Assembly: GCA_964016885.1 (NCBI GenBank)
Contig: OZ024742.1
Span: 350,734,001-350,798,000 of the forward strand
Direction: 5' to 3'
Length of the DNA stretch: 64,000 nucleotides
From: Eledone cirrhosa
Lineage: Eukaryota
Shown here: piece after piece, positions 39,199 to 49,978 of the stretch
Layout: each line of letters starts with the position of its first letter
Position numbering within the stretch: position 1 is the stretch's first letter
Position numbers and translations under genes: made by a program
Notes under the pieces: model-generated
Databases searched by the model: none
What the model was told of the DNA's origin: nothing
What the model saw: only the letters and a program-made list of their open reading frames with translations

Positions 39199-42100
39199 CT
39201 ATAGTCTGATGTAGAGTGAAGGCCCATTCACACGGGCCATTCTCGCCACTTTCACCCATCTTTCATAGAAACGGCTGGGGTGCAGCACCTCTCTCTCCAT
39301 CCTGATCCTTCTTCCGAAATGATATCGGAAGAAACGGACCAGTTGTTGGCCAGAGAGAAAGGTGCCCGACCTCAGTCCTATCAGACGCGTCCACCATACA
39401 ACCTCTTTCGCCATGGCTATTACGCACAGAAACACCGCCTCTGCTTCATCTTTGAAGGGGGGAGGCGGCTTGATCATTACAATAGACTCGGTGGTCAACC
39501 GGATCGGTTCCACCCTTGACAGCAGTTGTTCGACATAGCCCCACAGATCGGCTACGCCCGAGCAGTGTACCAATGCGTGTGCAACGGTTTCCTCGTCGCA
39601 CACGCATCTGGGACAGATCTTTTTGGCGGGGTCCCTACCCGGGCGCCCGTGTCTGTAGAGCCTTTCTCGAACGGGTAAAGCCCCTCGGTAGCACTGCCAG
39701 GCCAGGGACTTCTGGAAGTTGTCCATAGGTCCCGGGCTGAATGTCCTACCGAACAGGCTGGCCAGTTCGTCCTCCTCCATGTCTAGGGCTTCTCCAAGGG
39801 CGTCGTCGCACCTGCTGCGCACCAGCCCTCTATAGAATGTTGCGGTGGAGTCTCCACTGATAACCGGATCCGCCTGCCAGAGGGCGGTGAGCGCCTGGGC
39901 ACACTCAGTGTGCCAGGCGCCCAGTTTTCTCGGTCTTTGCTTGACCCAGGATTGCAGCTCGGTGAGTGAGACGAGTCTGGGAAAGGTTCGTCTCACAAAC
40001 GAGGCCCACACCGGTTGTCCGGTGAGGAATACGTAGAGGTGCCGTAGCCTTAATGCGTGTTTACGCATCATTAGCCACGGCATCCCCAGCCCTCCTTTCG
40101 AAGGGTGTTGACAGCAGATGGATCTCCTCACCATAGGAGCCCGCCTCTTCCAAAGGAATTGGAAGAGCGCGCGCTCCATCTTGGTGAGGGTTTCCCTTGG
40201 GCAGGGCACTACGGTCAGGCGGTAGTAGATGACGGACGCTATGTAGGTGTTCGCCACCTCCGCCCGACCTTTCAGGGATAGTTTGCAACTGGCCCACTTC
40301 TGGGTCAGTGCAAACACCCTGTTCGTAACCTCCGCCCAGTTTTTCTCCACCTGGAGGTCCGGTCCGAACCAGACCCCGAGCAACTTCACCGGGCCCTCCG
40401 TCCAGCGTCCGACGACGCTATCGGAGGGCATCGGTCTGCCCCTCCACGTGCCGAGTTGCAAACCGATCGACTTGTCCCGGTTCAGCTTAGCCCCTGTGAA
40501 CTTTTCGTACTCCTCCAGTAAGGTGCCAACCGCCTCGATTTCGGAGGCCGTCGACACCATTACTGTCACGTCATCGGCGTAGGCCGACACCGCTTTCCGC
40601 AATCCCGGTTCCATAGGGATGCCCTGCAACAACTCCAACTTCCGCAGTAGTGGCTCGAGAGTCAACACATACAGAAGGGAGGAGAGGGGGCACCCTTGTC
40701 GGATGGACCGCGCGATTTTGAACGGCTCCGAGAGGTAGCCGTTCACCTTGACCCTAGAGCAGATGCGGCTGCTGTGCATAGCAGTGATCCAGCCCCTGAA
40801 AACGGGTCCGAAGCCTGCCGCCGCTAGCACCGCATCCAGGTAACCATGGTCGACCCTATCGAACGCCTTAGATTGATCCAAGTTGATCAGAGCCCCACCA
40901 AAGCCGGGTTCGTTCCCAACCCTCTCTATGATGTATCGCATGAGGTGGAGGTTGTCATGGATGGACCTGGACGGGATAGCGCATGTCTGCGCATCTCCCA
41001 CCAGGTTGCCCACGACAAGCGCCAACCTCTTTGCTAGCACCTTGGCCAAAATCTGTAACTCTGTATTTAGCAGTGTTATGGGCCTGAAGTTACTTATTTC
41101 GTCCCCCTTGTTCTCGTCCTTCCTCACTAGCGTGACTACGCCCTTGGTCACAGTACAGGGAATTCTCCCGTTCTGTTGCCAGTTGCAGTAGACCGCCTCG
41201 AGGAGATCGGGGAACAAGTCCGGCATAGCTAGATATAATTCGTAAGGAAGACCATCGAGACCCGGGGATTTGCGTTTGCCGCATTGGCTCAGCACGTCCT
41301 CTATCTCAGCGGCCGAAATCGGCTCCTCGCAGGACTTCGCCTCCCTGTCTGAGAGGCGCGGCAGGCCGTCGAGGTATGGACCGAAGTCCACGTTCCCAAC
41401 CGGCTCCCCGCCCCTCCCGAACAGTCGGGCTAAGTGCCTTTGAAAGGCCTCACACATCTGCTTAGGCTCAAGAATCGCCCGTCCATCCAGGTCTCGCAAA
41501 GACCGGATGGTGGATTTAGTTCCACTGTTGGCCTCTGTCACGCGGGCCCAGCTAACAGCTTTGGTCCCCTCGTTCCCTAGAGCACGTATTTTACTTCGGA
41601 CAACGCAGCCTTCGTGCTTCGCGTCGAAAAACTGGCTCAAAGCCGTTCTCGACGCTAGCACTCTGGCCACGTCGCCGCTTCTAATTGCCTCTTCTACTCT
41701 ATCTATTAGCTCCCTTTCCTTCCTATTCCTATCCGCAGCTAGAACCTTACTAAATTCTATCGAGACTACTCTAATCTCTCTCTTTAGAGATACCCACCAC
41801 CTGCTGTTGACGATCGCTCCAGTCAACCGTTCCTTAACTAACGTACTAATCCGATTCCTGTAGGCTCTACTTGCCGGCAAGGACAAGTTGAGCTTCCAGT
41901 AACCGGGGCCCTGTCTATGAGTTCTGTCAAGGTTGACCATGCAGGTCACTAATTTGTGGTCTGAATAGCCAACAATGCGCATTTTTGGACAACTTAAAAA
42001 GTCCTTATCCTTAATTCTAACTAAGAACCTATCTAGGTACGACCTAGATGATCCGCTACGATTTGCCCAAGTCCAGGTTGGCGCAGTCGGAAAATCTAGT

Positions 42101-42636
42101 CGATATCTATCGGCCAGGTCAAATCGACCGATTATCCCTTTGAGGCTATTACACCCCTCTCTATCGGGGCAGGCCCCTACGTAGTCCCAGCGTGCATCTA
42201 GGATACCATTCCAGTCCCCCACCAATAGCAAGGAGCGGGACGTCCCTAGAAAAGTCTCCAGACGATGGAAGAAGTCCGGCCGCATTGACCCGAAAGGGCC
42301 GTAGGCGGCTACCAACCTAAACGCTCCGCCTTTACCACTGCCAAGGTCCAGAACCACTAGTCGACCCTCCGGGTCCAAATGTACCATCTGTGTTGCGAGA
42401 CCCAGATGTTTTTGCAGCAGAACGACAACTCCACCCCCACCTCCGGGCTGACAGAGAGATGCGTGCATCTCAAAGTCATCAAAGGTGGGGGCCAGCTGTC
42501 GCACGTTGCTGATCCGGGCCTCGCAAATAACCATCACATCTATACGTTGTGACCTGAGGTCATTTAGAAGCATTGCTTGCTTCCAAGTTGAGCCCAGGCC
42601 ACGCGCATTTAAACAGCCTACTCTTAGCATAGCCAT
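39199..42636 (-). CDS. ORF2: AP endonuclease, reverse transcriptase and C-terminal Cys-His motif
   Basis: LNARGL, VGDWN, SYLDR, SDH, PGYWKLN, KSPGLDGL, FRPITLLN, DQSKAFDRVDH, RQGCPLS, AYADD, CPRC..ETVAHALVHC. Confidence 0.95.
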   Translation of the reverse strand: MAMLRVGCLNARGLGSTWKQAMLLNDLRSQRIDVMVICEARISNVRQLAPTFDDFEMHASLCQPGGGGGVVVLLQKHLGLATQMVHLDPEGRLVVLDLGSGKGGAFRLVAAYGPFGSMRPDFFHRLETFLGTSRSLLLVGDWNGILDARWDYVGACPDREGCNSLKGIIGRFDLADRYRLDFPTAPTWTWANRSGSSRSYLDRFLVRIKDKDFLSCPKMRIVGYSDHKLVTCMVNLDRTHRQGPGYWKLNLSLPASRAYRNRISTLVKERLTGAIVNSRWWVSLKREIRVVSIEFSKVLAADRNRKERELIDRVEEAIRSGDVARVLASRTALSQFFDAKHEGCVVRSKIRALGNEGTKAVSWARVTEANSGTKSTIRSLRDLDGRAILEPKQMCEAFQRHLARLFGRGGEPVGNVDFGPYLDGLPRLSDREAKSCEEPISAAEIEDVLSQCGKRKSPGLDGLPYELYLAMPDLFPDLLEAVYCNWQQNGRIPCTVTKGVVTLVRKDENKGDEISNFRPITLLNTELQILAKVLAKRLALVVGNLVGDAQTCAIPSRSIHDNLHLMRYIIERVGNEPGFGGALINLDQSKAFDRVDHGYLDAVLAAAGFGPVFRGWITAMHSSRICSRVKVNGYLSEPFKIARSIRQGCPLSSLLYVLTLEPLLRKLELLQGIPMEPGLRKAVSAYADDVTVMVSTASEIEAVGTLLEEYEKFTGAKLNRDKSIGLQLGTWRGRPMPSDSVVGRWTEGPVKLLGVWFGPDLQVEKNWAEVTNRVFALTQKWASCKLSLKGRAEVANTYIASVIYYRLTVVPCPRETLTKMERALFQFLWKRRAPMVRRSICCQHPSKGGLGMPWLMMRKHALRLRHLYVFLTGQPVWASFVRRTFPRLVSLTELQSWVKQRPRKLGAWHTECAQALTALWQADPVISGDSTATFYRGLVRSRCDDALGEALDMEEDELASLFGRTFSPGPMDNFQKSLAWQCYRGALPVRERLYRHGRPGRDPAKKICPRCVCDEETVAHALVHCSGVADLWGYVEQLLSRVEPIRLTTESIVMIKPPPPFKDEAEAVFLCVIAMAKEVVWWTRLIGLRSGTFLSGQQLVRFFRYHFGRRIRMEREVLHPSRFYERWVKVARMARVNGPSLYIRL

Positions 42637-42660
42637 GTTGGTGGTGAAGAGAAAAGGCAC

Positions 42661-44448
42661 TTACCTCTCTGCGTCCCGGGTATCGGGCTGCACAATTTCC
42701 ATTAGGGTGGGGGATGGGTTGTTGGGTGGGGTGGTGGTTTGTGGAAGTGTGGGGGCATCAGTGTGTTGTGTGGTTGGGGAGCTTGGAGTTGTGAGGGTGT
42801 TTGGCGAGGGGGTGGGATAGTTTTTTAGGAGGACGCGGTTAATGGGCCCGACGCAGGGGGGACCCACGTCCTCTTTAAAATTGTTTTTTAAAGTTTTATA
42901 GGTGTCCTGTGGGGCCTTAATCATTTTGAGGTGGGGGAAATCCCCTGCCTGGGTGAAGTTAGGCCCTTGTGTTTTTATTAGATTGTTGTTGTACACAATG
43001 TTTAACAGTTTTTTGTTTCTTGTATTTATGTATGTGTATGCATGTTTTTGTTTTTGTGTGGTGTTTTTTGTTTGCTGTTGTGAGCTCTTTTGTGTTGGTG
43101 TCAGTGTTATGTTTTGGGGAGGGGTTTTTTTCATTTGTGTGTCTGAGGTGTGTTTTCTTTTTTTTCTTTTGATTGTGTGGAAGTGCTCCTCCTCGTCTGA
43201 CGACGAACTAGGGTCATCTTCCGCGTTGGAGGGGAGGGGTATATTTTCGGGTTGTGTTTGCGGTACGGGTGTTTTGGAAATTGTTTTTGTTTTTTGAGTG
43301 GAGGGGATGGGTTGGACATTGTTTTGTTTTGGTTTGAGCTGTGGTGGTTGTTTTTGTAGTGGTAGTTGTGGTGATTGTGTTGGTTGTGCAGTTGTTGGTG
43401 GTGTAGGCAGGATTGGGGTTTTCTTATTAAGTTGGGGACATACAGCCCTCAGGTGACCTCTGGTTCCGCAGAGGTAACACGAGGGCCGTCTACCCTCAAC
43501 GGTAATGTTGATGAAGGTTAGATCATCCAGTATGACGCGTTCAGGGATCTGGGCGATCCTTTCGGGCCTCATTTGAACTACAAGTTCGAGGCTCGTTCCA
43601 CTGAACGCGTCACCCGATGCCTTTCCCATGGACACCAGCATGTCATCCTCCAGGTCCAGAAAACCTGTCAAAACCCACCATATGTCCATAATCGGCAGGA
43701 TGGTGTGGATTTTTATTTTTTGTGTTCTTCTACCCATGTACGTAGGGTAGAAGGTGTATGCGGTGGATGTGATTGGTTTGATGGACAGTTTCACTGCTGT
43801 GTCCCTGTCCTTCATGAGAATGGATAGACTTCCGTAGAGTCTATCCTTCTGAATGAAGGTGATGTCCTTCATGACGTCTTTTAAAACCAGCTCTATCTCG
43901 CTCTGTGATGGTTGAGCTGGTTTTTTACTTTTGTTCGAGATTGTCCTAAACATGACCGTGTTTAGGAGTCTCTGGCTTTTTAGTTCCGGGGGGGAATGGA
44001 TTGTGAATGAACCATTTTCCCCGTACACTATATATTTTTTCGCATCCGCCAGTAGCTCCTTCGCTTTTGTTATATCTACTGGCAGATAGTCGAGGGTTTT
44101 CCTTGTCGTCTCGGCGAAGGAGAAATTTTGTTTGTTTGTGTTGTTGTTGTCGTTGGTGGTGTTGTTGTTATCATTGTTGTTGTTGTCACCGTTATTGGTC
44201 TTGTTGTTGTTATTGTTATTGTTATTGGTGTTGTTATCGTCCGTCGCATTGTTGTTGTTGTTGCTGTTGCTGCTGGTTCTTTGGGTTGTTGCCATGGCAA
44301 CGTCAAGTTGTCGGTTAACAGGTGGAGAGAATTCTTCCTCTGGCTGACCTATCTTCTTGACCTCTGCTACTGTGACAGTGGCAGGGGGAAGCTGTAAGTT
44401 CATCTTCCCCTTTCCTCCTTCGAATTTTGGTGAAGAAGCTTCAGCCAT
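42661..44448 (-). CDS. ORF1: nucleic-acid-binding protein with a CCHC zinc knuckle
   Basis: CYLCGTRGHLRAVC; Asn-rich N-terminus; lies directly upstream of ORF2. Confidence 0.9.
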   Translation of the reverse strand: MAEASSPKFEGGKGKMNLQLPPATVTVAEVKKIGQPEEEFSPPVNRQLDVAMATTQRTSSNSNNNNNATDDNNTNNNNNNNNKTNNGDNNNNDNNNTTNDNNNTNKQNFSFAETTRKTLDYLPVDITKAKELLADAKKYIVYGENGSFTIHSPPELKSQRLLNTVMFRTISNKSKKPAQPSQSEIELVLKDVMKDITFIQKDRLYGSLSILMKDRDTAVKLSIKPITSTAYTFYPTYMGRRTQKIKIHTILPIMDIWWVLTGFLDLEDDMLVSMGKASGDAFSGTSLELVVQMRPERIAQIPERVILDDLTFINITVEGRRPSCYLCGTRGHLRAVCPQLNKKTPILPTPPTTAQPTQSPQLPLQKQPPQLKPKQNNVQPIPSTQKTKTISKTPVPQTQPENIPLPSNAEDDPSSSSDEEEHFHTIKRKKRKHTSDTQMKKTPPQNITLTPTQKSSQQQTKNTTQKQKHAYTYINTRNKKLLNIVYNNNLIKTQGPNFTQAGDFPHLKMIKAPQDTYKTLKNNFKEDVGPPCVGPINRVLLKNYPTPSPNTLTTPSSPTTQHTDAPTLPQTTTPPNNPSPTLMEIVQPDTRDAER

Positions 44449-44692
44449 TTAAAAAAATATTGACTTTTCAACAAGAAAAAACTTTTTTTTTAACTATTTC
44501 GCCTAAAGGCGTAGAATATTTTGAGAGACTGACCAGATCAAAGTTTGACCTGGCAGTCCCTCTACAAAATGGTACAAAAATTAAAGTTATCAGACAAGAA
44601 TTTCTATAGAAATTTAAACAGAACTTACTCAGCAAGTTATACGCGTGTGTCCATCCCAGAGATAGATAGATAGATAGATAGGTAGATAGATA

Positions 44693-46660
44693 ACTTTCTT
44701 TTTATTTGCCACCAGGGCATCAAAAGTGGGACAAGTACAATGGGGGGAGTTTACATGCAATGGCGTCCTCAATAAGGAAGCGGCAATAACAAAATATAAA
44801 AATAAAATAAAATATAACAAGATAAAATTTAAAACAAAATCCTCAATAGAGAGGAGGCGCCTTGGGGGGTCGCACACATCCCCGAAAAAAAGTGTGCAAC
44901 CCTTCTCCTCAGGAGCACAGAGAAGGGGTGCTTCCTTGGTCTTTCATCTTCCTCACCTATAGTCTGATGTAGAGTGATCCTTCTTCCGAAATGATATCGG
45001 AAGAAACGGACCAGTTGTTGGCCAGAGAGAAAGGTGCCTAACCTCAGTCCTTTCAGACGCGTCCACCGTACAACCTCTTTCGCCATGGCTATTACGCACA
45101 GAAACACCGCCTCTCCTTCGTTTTTGAAGAGGGGAGGCGGCTTGATCGTTACAATAGACTCGGTGGTCAACCAGATCGGTCCCACCCTTGACAGCAGTTG
45201 TTAGACATAGCCCCACAGATCGGCAATGCCCGAGCAGTGTACCAATGCGTGTGCAACGGTTTCCTCGTCGCACACGCATCTGGAACAGATCTTTTTCGAG
45301 GGGTCCCTACCCGGGCGCCCGTGTCTGTAGAGCCTGTCTCGAACGGGCAGAGCCCTTCTGTAGCACTGCCAGGCCAGGGACCTCTGGAAGTTATCCATGG
45401 GTCCCGGGCTGAATGTCCTACCGAACAGGTTGGCCAGTTCGTCTTCCTCCATGCCTAGGGCTTCTCCGAGGGCGTCGTCGCACCTGCTAACCACCAGCCC
45501 TCTATAGAATGACGAGGTGGATTCTCCACTGACAGCCGGGTCCGCCTGCCAGAGAGCCGTGAGCGCCTGGGCACACTCGGTGTGCCAGGCGCCCAGTATT
45601 CTCGGTCTTTGTTTGACCCAGGACTGCAGCTCGGTGAGTGAGACGAGTCTGGGAAAGGCTCGCCTCACAAACGGGGTCCACACCGGTTGACCGGAGAGGA
45701 ATACCTGGAGGTGCCGTAGCCTTAATGCGTGTTTACGTATCATTAGCCACGGCATCCACAGCCCTCTTTTCGAACGTTTCCCTTGGGCAAAGCACAACGG
45801 TCAGGCGCTAGTAGATGACGTACGCTATATAAGAGTTCGCCACCTCCGCCCGACCTTTCAGGGACAGTTTGCACTTGGCCCACTTCTGGGTCAGTGCAAA
45901 CACCCTGTTCGTTACCTCACCCCAGTTCTTCTCCACCTGGAGGTCTGGTCCAAACCAGACCCCGAGCCACTTCACCGGGCCCTCCGTCCAGCGCCCGACG
46001 ACGCCATCGGAGGGCATCGATCTGCCCCTCCACGTGCCGAGTTGCAGACCGATCGACTTGTCCAGGTTAATCTTAGCCCCTGTAAACCTTTCGTACTCCT
46101 CCAGTAAGGTGCCGATCGCCCCGATTTCCTAGGCCGTCGACACCATTACTGTTACGTCGTCGGCGTAGACCGATACCGCTTTCCGCAATCCCGGTTACAA
46201 CGGGATGCCTTGCAACAACTCCAACTTCCGCAGCAGTGGCTCTAGAGTCATTACATACAGAAGGGAGGAGAGAGGGCACCCCTATCGGATGGACCGCGCG
46301 ATTTCGAACGGCTCCGAGAGGTAGCCGTTCACCTTGACCCTAGAGCAGATGCGGCTGCTGTGCATGGCATTGATCCATCCCCTGAAAACGGGTCCGAAGC
46401 CCGCCGCCGTTAGCACCGCATCCAGGTAACCATGGTCGACCCTATCGAACGCCTTAGATTGATCCAAGTTGATCAGGGCCCCACCGAAGCTGGGTTCGTT
46501 TCCAACCCTCTCTATGATGTATCGCATGAGGTGGAGGTTGTCGTGGATGGACCTGGACGGGATAGCACATGTCTTCATTTGATTATAACCTGGACGGGAT
46601 AGCACATGTCTGCGCTATCCCGTCCAGGTCCATCCACGACAACCTCCACCTCATGCGATA
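44693..46660 (-). mobile_element. 5'-truncated, degenerate copy of Tx1-like family A
   Basis: Clear homology to 38935-41000 with stops and two internal deletions; the 5' end has a short duplication plus inversion; flanked by (TATC)n. Confidence 0.92.
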
Positions 46661-47478
46661 GATAGATAGATAGATAGAAGGCGAGATAGACACATAAATG
46701 GCCAGAGTGAAATAGTGAGATAAATAGATAATGAAGAGAGAGTGAGAGAGAGGGCGAGAGCGAGAGCGAGTGAGAGTGAGTGACTGAGAGCGACATGGAG
46801 AGAGAAGACTAAGAGAGACAGGGAGAAAGAAAGAGATAGAGTGAGACAGGGAGAAATAAAGAGATAGAGAGATAGATAGCAGGCGTCCATTAGGACACGG
46901 TTTCAACACCGGATTGATTCCAATTCGCTTGATATTCAATATTTCTCCTGGATCTATAATGAATTATCAATATATGTAAAATGGGTTTCATTATAAACAC
47001 TTATATAGGGATATCTCATATTAACATATAACAATTATATGAATATAAGGGAGACATTTCGTCATTTCAACATTGATATAATAATGTTCAATATGGTTAT
47101 AATCAAATGAAGATTCTTATTATTTGGCTTCAGTTGGATGTTATATATTATATTGAAATACGTCTGACAAATTAAATAAAAACAATAGTACACTCAAGTA
47201 TCTTAGCGAAAGGGAAACAAATAATTGTCCCGATTACACACAAGCACATACATAGCTAAGGCCCCCACCCCCACCCCCACATTCTCTCTCACACATACAC
47301 ACATATATATATATATATACATAAGCACACGGACACAAACATATATACATATATACATATATACATATATACATATACATATACATATATACATATTCAT
47401 ACATACATACACATACACACACATATATATATATATACACATGTATACACACACACAGACACACAGAGTCACACACAC

Positions 47479-47517
<39 letters not shown>

Positions 47518-47849
47518 AGTGTGTGTCTATTTCACATCTCTTTTTTTTCTCACACTTTATATAATTACACGCATATACACAAACATACACACACATATAT
47601 TATAAAAGAGTGGATAATTTGATTTATTCAAGTTCATATCCACCAATTAAATAGTAATCAAATATAATTTAAAGAGTGCCTCCTCTCACACCATCATATA
47701 ATAATATTGGAGATCAACGGTAACACATGACAAAATACTTGTCTACCTCTACAATTTATGAAACAATATTTCTATATTTCGATCGTATTTTCAGGTTCTG
47801 TAAATGAATGCCAACTAAGAAAAGTATCAATAAACTACACAATACTTAC

Positions 47850-48160
47850 TTTCTCCAGCAGCAACCTGGTGCAGTCTGCGACTAACTCAGGTTCTGCTGC
47901 ACGTCGGACTGAGGGGGCCACCTTTTCAAATAACGGTCGCTCTGCGACAGGTTTGCGGTTGTACCCTTGGCAGTGGAGACTTCTGGTGTCCTCGGCCCTA
48001 GGGATAACTCCCTATTCACTACCATAGGCGCTGAGCTGGCAGGCCGCAGGTGTGAGCCTCGCCAGCTGAAAAGTCTTTTCCAGCGCGTCTCCCTTGCCGT
48101 CCTTTGGGGAAACGCATTTTCCATTCTGTCCGCCGGGGCTGTGAGGAGGCCACCAATATG
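47850..48160 (+). mobile_element. 3' fragment of a CRE-clade retrotransposon
   Basis: AVETSGVLGP...LFQRVSLAVLWGNAFSIL; homolog of 985-1295. Confidence 0.7.
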
Positions 48161-48416
48161 ATTGTCTGACTTGTCATTCTATCAGTCAGATGTTCCAATG
48201 ATTCTATATATATATATATATATACGTTCATATATATATATATACATTTATGTTTAGGTTGTGCCTTGAAATCAATTAGTTTTAATCCAATATACATATA
48301 TATTAATCCGGTTAGCTTAAAGGAACTATACATATTTACTAACTCATTCTGTTATCTGGGCTACATATGGTGGCACACAGCCAACTGATGTTCAATAAGA
48401 CTAATGCAGTTAGTAT

Positions 48417-48598
48417 AATTGTTTCTACTTCTGGCACAAGGCCAGCAATTATCCAGTACATTACTGGTACTTTATTTTATCGACCCCGTGAGGATGAAAG
48501 GCAAAGTTAACCTCGGCTGGATTTGAAATCAGAATGGCAAGGGCCGTAACTCTATGCGGCAAAGCACAGCGTCCGACCCTCTACCGATACGGCCATTC
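48417..48598 (-). mobile_element. tRNA-derived SINE
   Basis: Same family core. Confidence 0.8.
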
Positions 48599-48659
48599 CC
48601 TATAATGCCTGACCAAATACTTATGTGTAGGGATATATTGAAACAAATGCTTAATAACA

Positions 48660-48985
48660 TGGGTAACATTACTTGATAGAGTATGAAGCTTAGAGATCAG
48701 AGAGTCTCTCCAGTTAGAGCTGCTGCTTGTCCGAATTGAGAGATCACAGCTCTGATACTATGGGCATGTGGTTAGAATATCTCAGGAAAGAATCACTGGA
48801 CGGGTTCTACATGCGAAACCAACCGGCAGGTGACCCAGGGATAGATCACGAGCAAGGTCGTTAGATAACATTCATCAACTTGGATGATCTCATTTGGGGA
48901 TCCAGTCGGATCAGTTGAAGACTATTGCTTTTGACAGGGCCAGCTGGAAGGAATGGTTGATATCTCTTCGCGTGACCCACTCAGA
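48660..48985 (+). mobile_element. 3' fragment of an RTE-clade LINE, followed by (GAA)n
   Basis: IERSQL*YYGHVVRISQERITGRVL...DRASWK resembles the RTE C-terminal LRWxGHVxR motif. Confidence 0.65.
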
Positions 48986-49499
48986 AACAAGAGAGCGAAG
49001 TGGAAAACGAAGAGGTAAACGAGAACGAAAAAGAAGAAGAAGAAGAAGAAGAAGAAGAAGAAGAAGAAGAAGAAGAAGAAGAAGAAGAAGAAGAAGAAGA
49101 AGAAGAAGAAGAAGAAGAAGAAGAAGAAGAAGAAGAAGAAGAAGAATATATTAGTGCAACACTGAAAATATATAATTGAATAATAATAAAAAAAATTGTG
49201 AGAAACTTCACACTTCAGCATAATGAACTAATTCCTCTCCTTGCTGGATTGCTGACATTCCAGATTCATTCTGCTATTAAATTCTATATCCACTATAACA
49301 AATTCTCTCACCTTTGTTCCTTTCTATTAGTCGGGCCTTCAAAATACTCATACCATATATGTGATAATAATAGTATTTATACTTATATATAAACTATATA
49401 CAATTATAAATACGAAAGGTTAGTATGTTGTACAACCCAATTACTACGAAACGATCGTCAGCAATTAAATGCATTAAACAAAAATGTGATTATATTTTG

Positions 49500-49572
<73 letters not shown>

Positions 49573-49722
49573 GACCGCAGCTAGTAAACAAGGAACCACA
49601 CCCCACCCTCCCGCACCAAAATTAGACTTATCGTCCCCTACTTTTGCTCTTTACTCTCCTTACTCTTTGTTCTTGAATGTTTGGTTGGTAGAGTCCATAA
49701 CACCAATCAAACCCCTTTTATA

Positions 49723-49767
49723 GCTCTGACGAATCCTACGGTTACGTAAGGAAGAAACATTGTAAGC
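49723..49767 (+). ncRNA. Type I minimal hammerhead ribozyme in the 5' pLTR
   Basis: GCU CUGACGA [AUCCUACG-guua-CGUAAGGAA] GAAAC AUU GUA AGC. Confidence 0.85.
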
Positions 49768-49978
49768 CAATAGAAATGTTGTGATGTTGTAGACTCTCTT
49801 GTGTTCTTTATCATATATACGGCTCTGCTCCAAAGCATAGAGCTAATTATTATGCTGCCAATACCTTAATGGGACAGGGGTATACAACACCTAACTCCTA
49901 TTAACCTAAGTATTTCTACGGCTCCCCCCGGTTTAGCTAAATCCTTATAACCTGTCCACCTTGTGTGTATGATTATAA

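Larger units (their letters stand above)
38935..44658 (-). mobile_element. Full-length Tx1/L1-clade LINE (family A) with intact ORF1 and ORF2
   Basis: Two uninterrupted ORFs, AATAAA at the 3' end and (TATC)n on both sides. Confidence 0.93.

Noticed and set aside
48894-49221. Poly-Arg, poly-Phe and poly-Ser ORFs
   Set aside because: Translations of a (GAA)n microsatellite.
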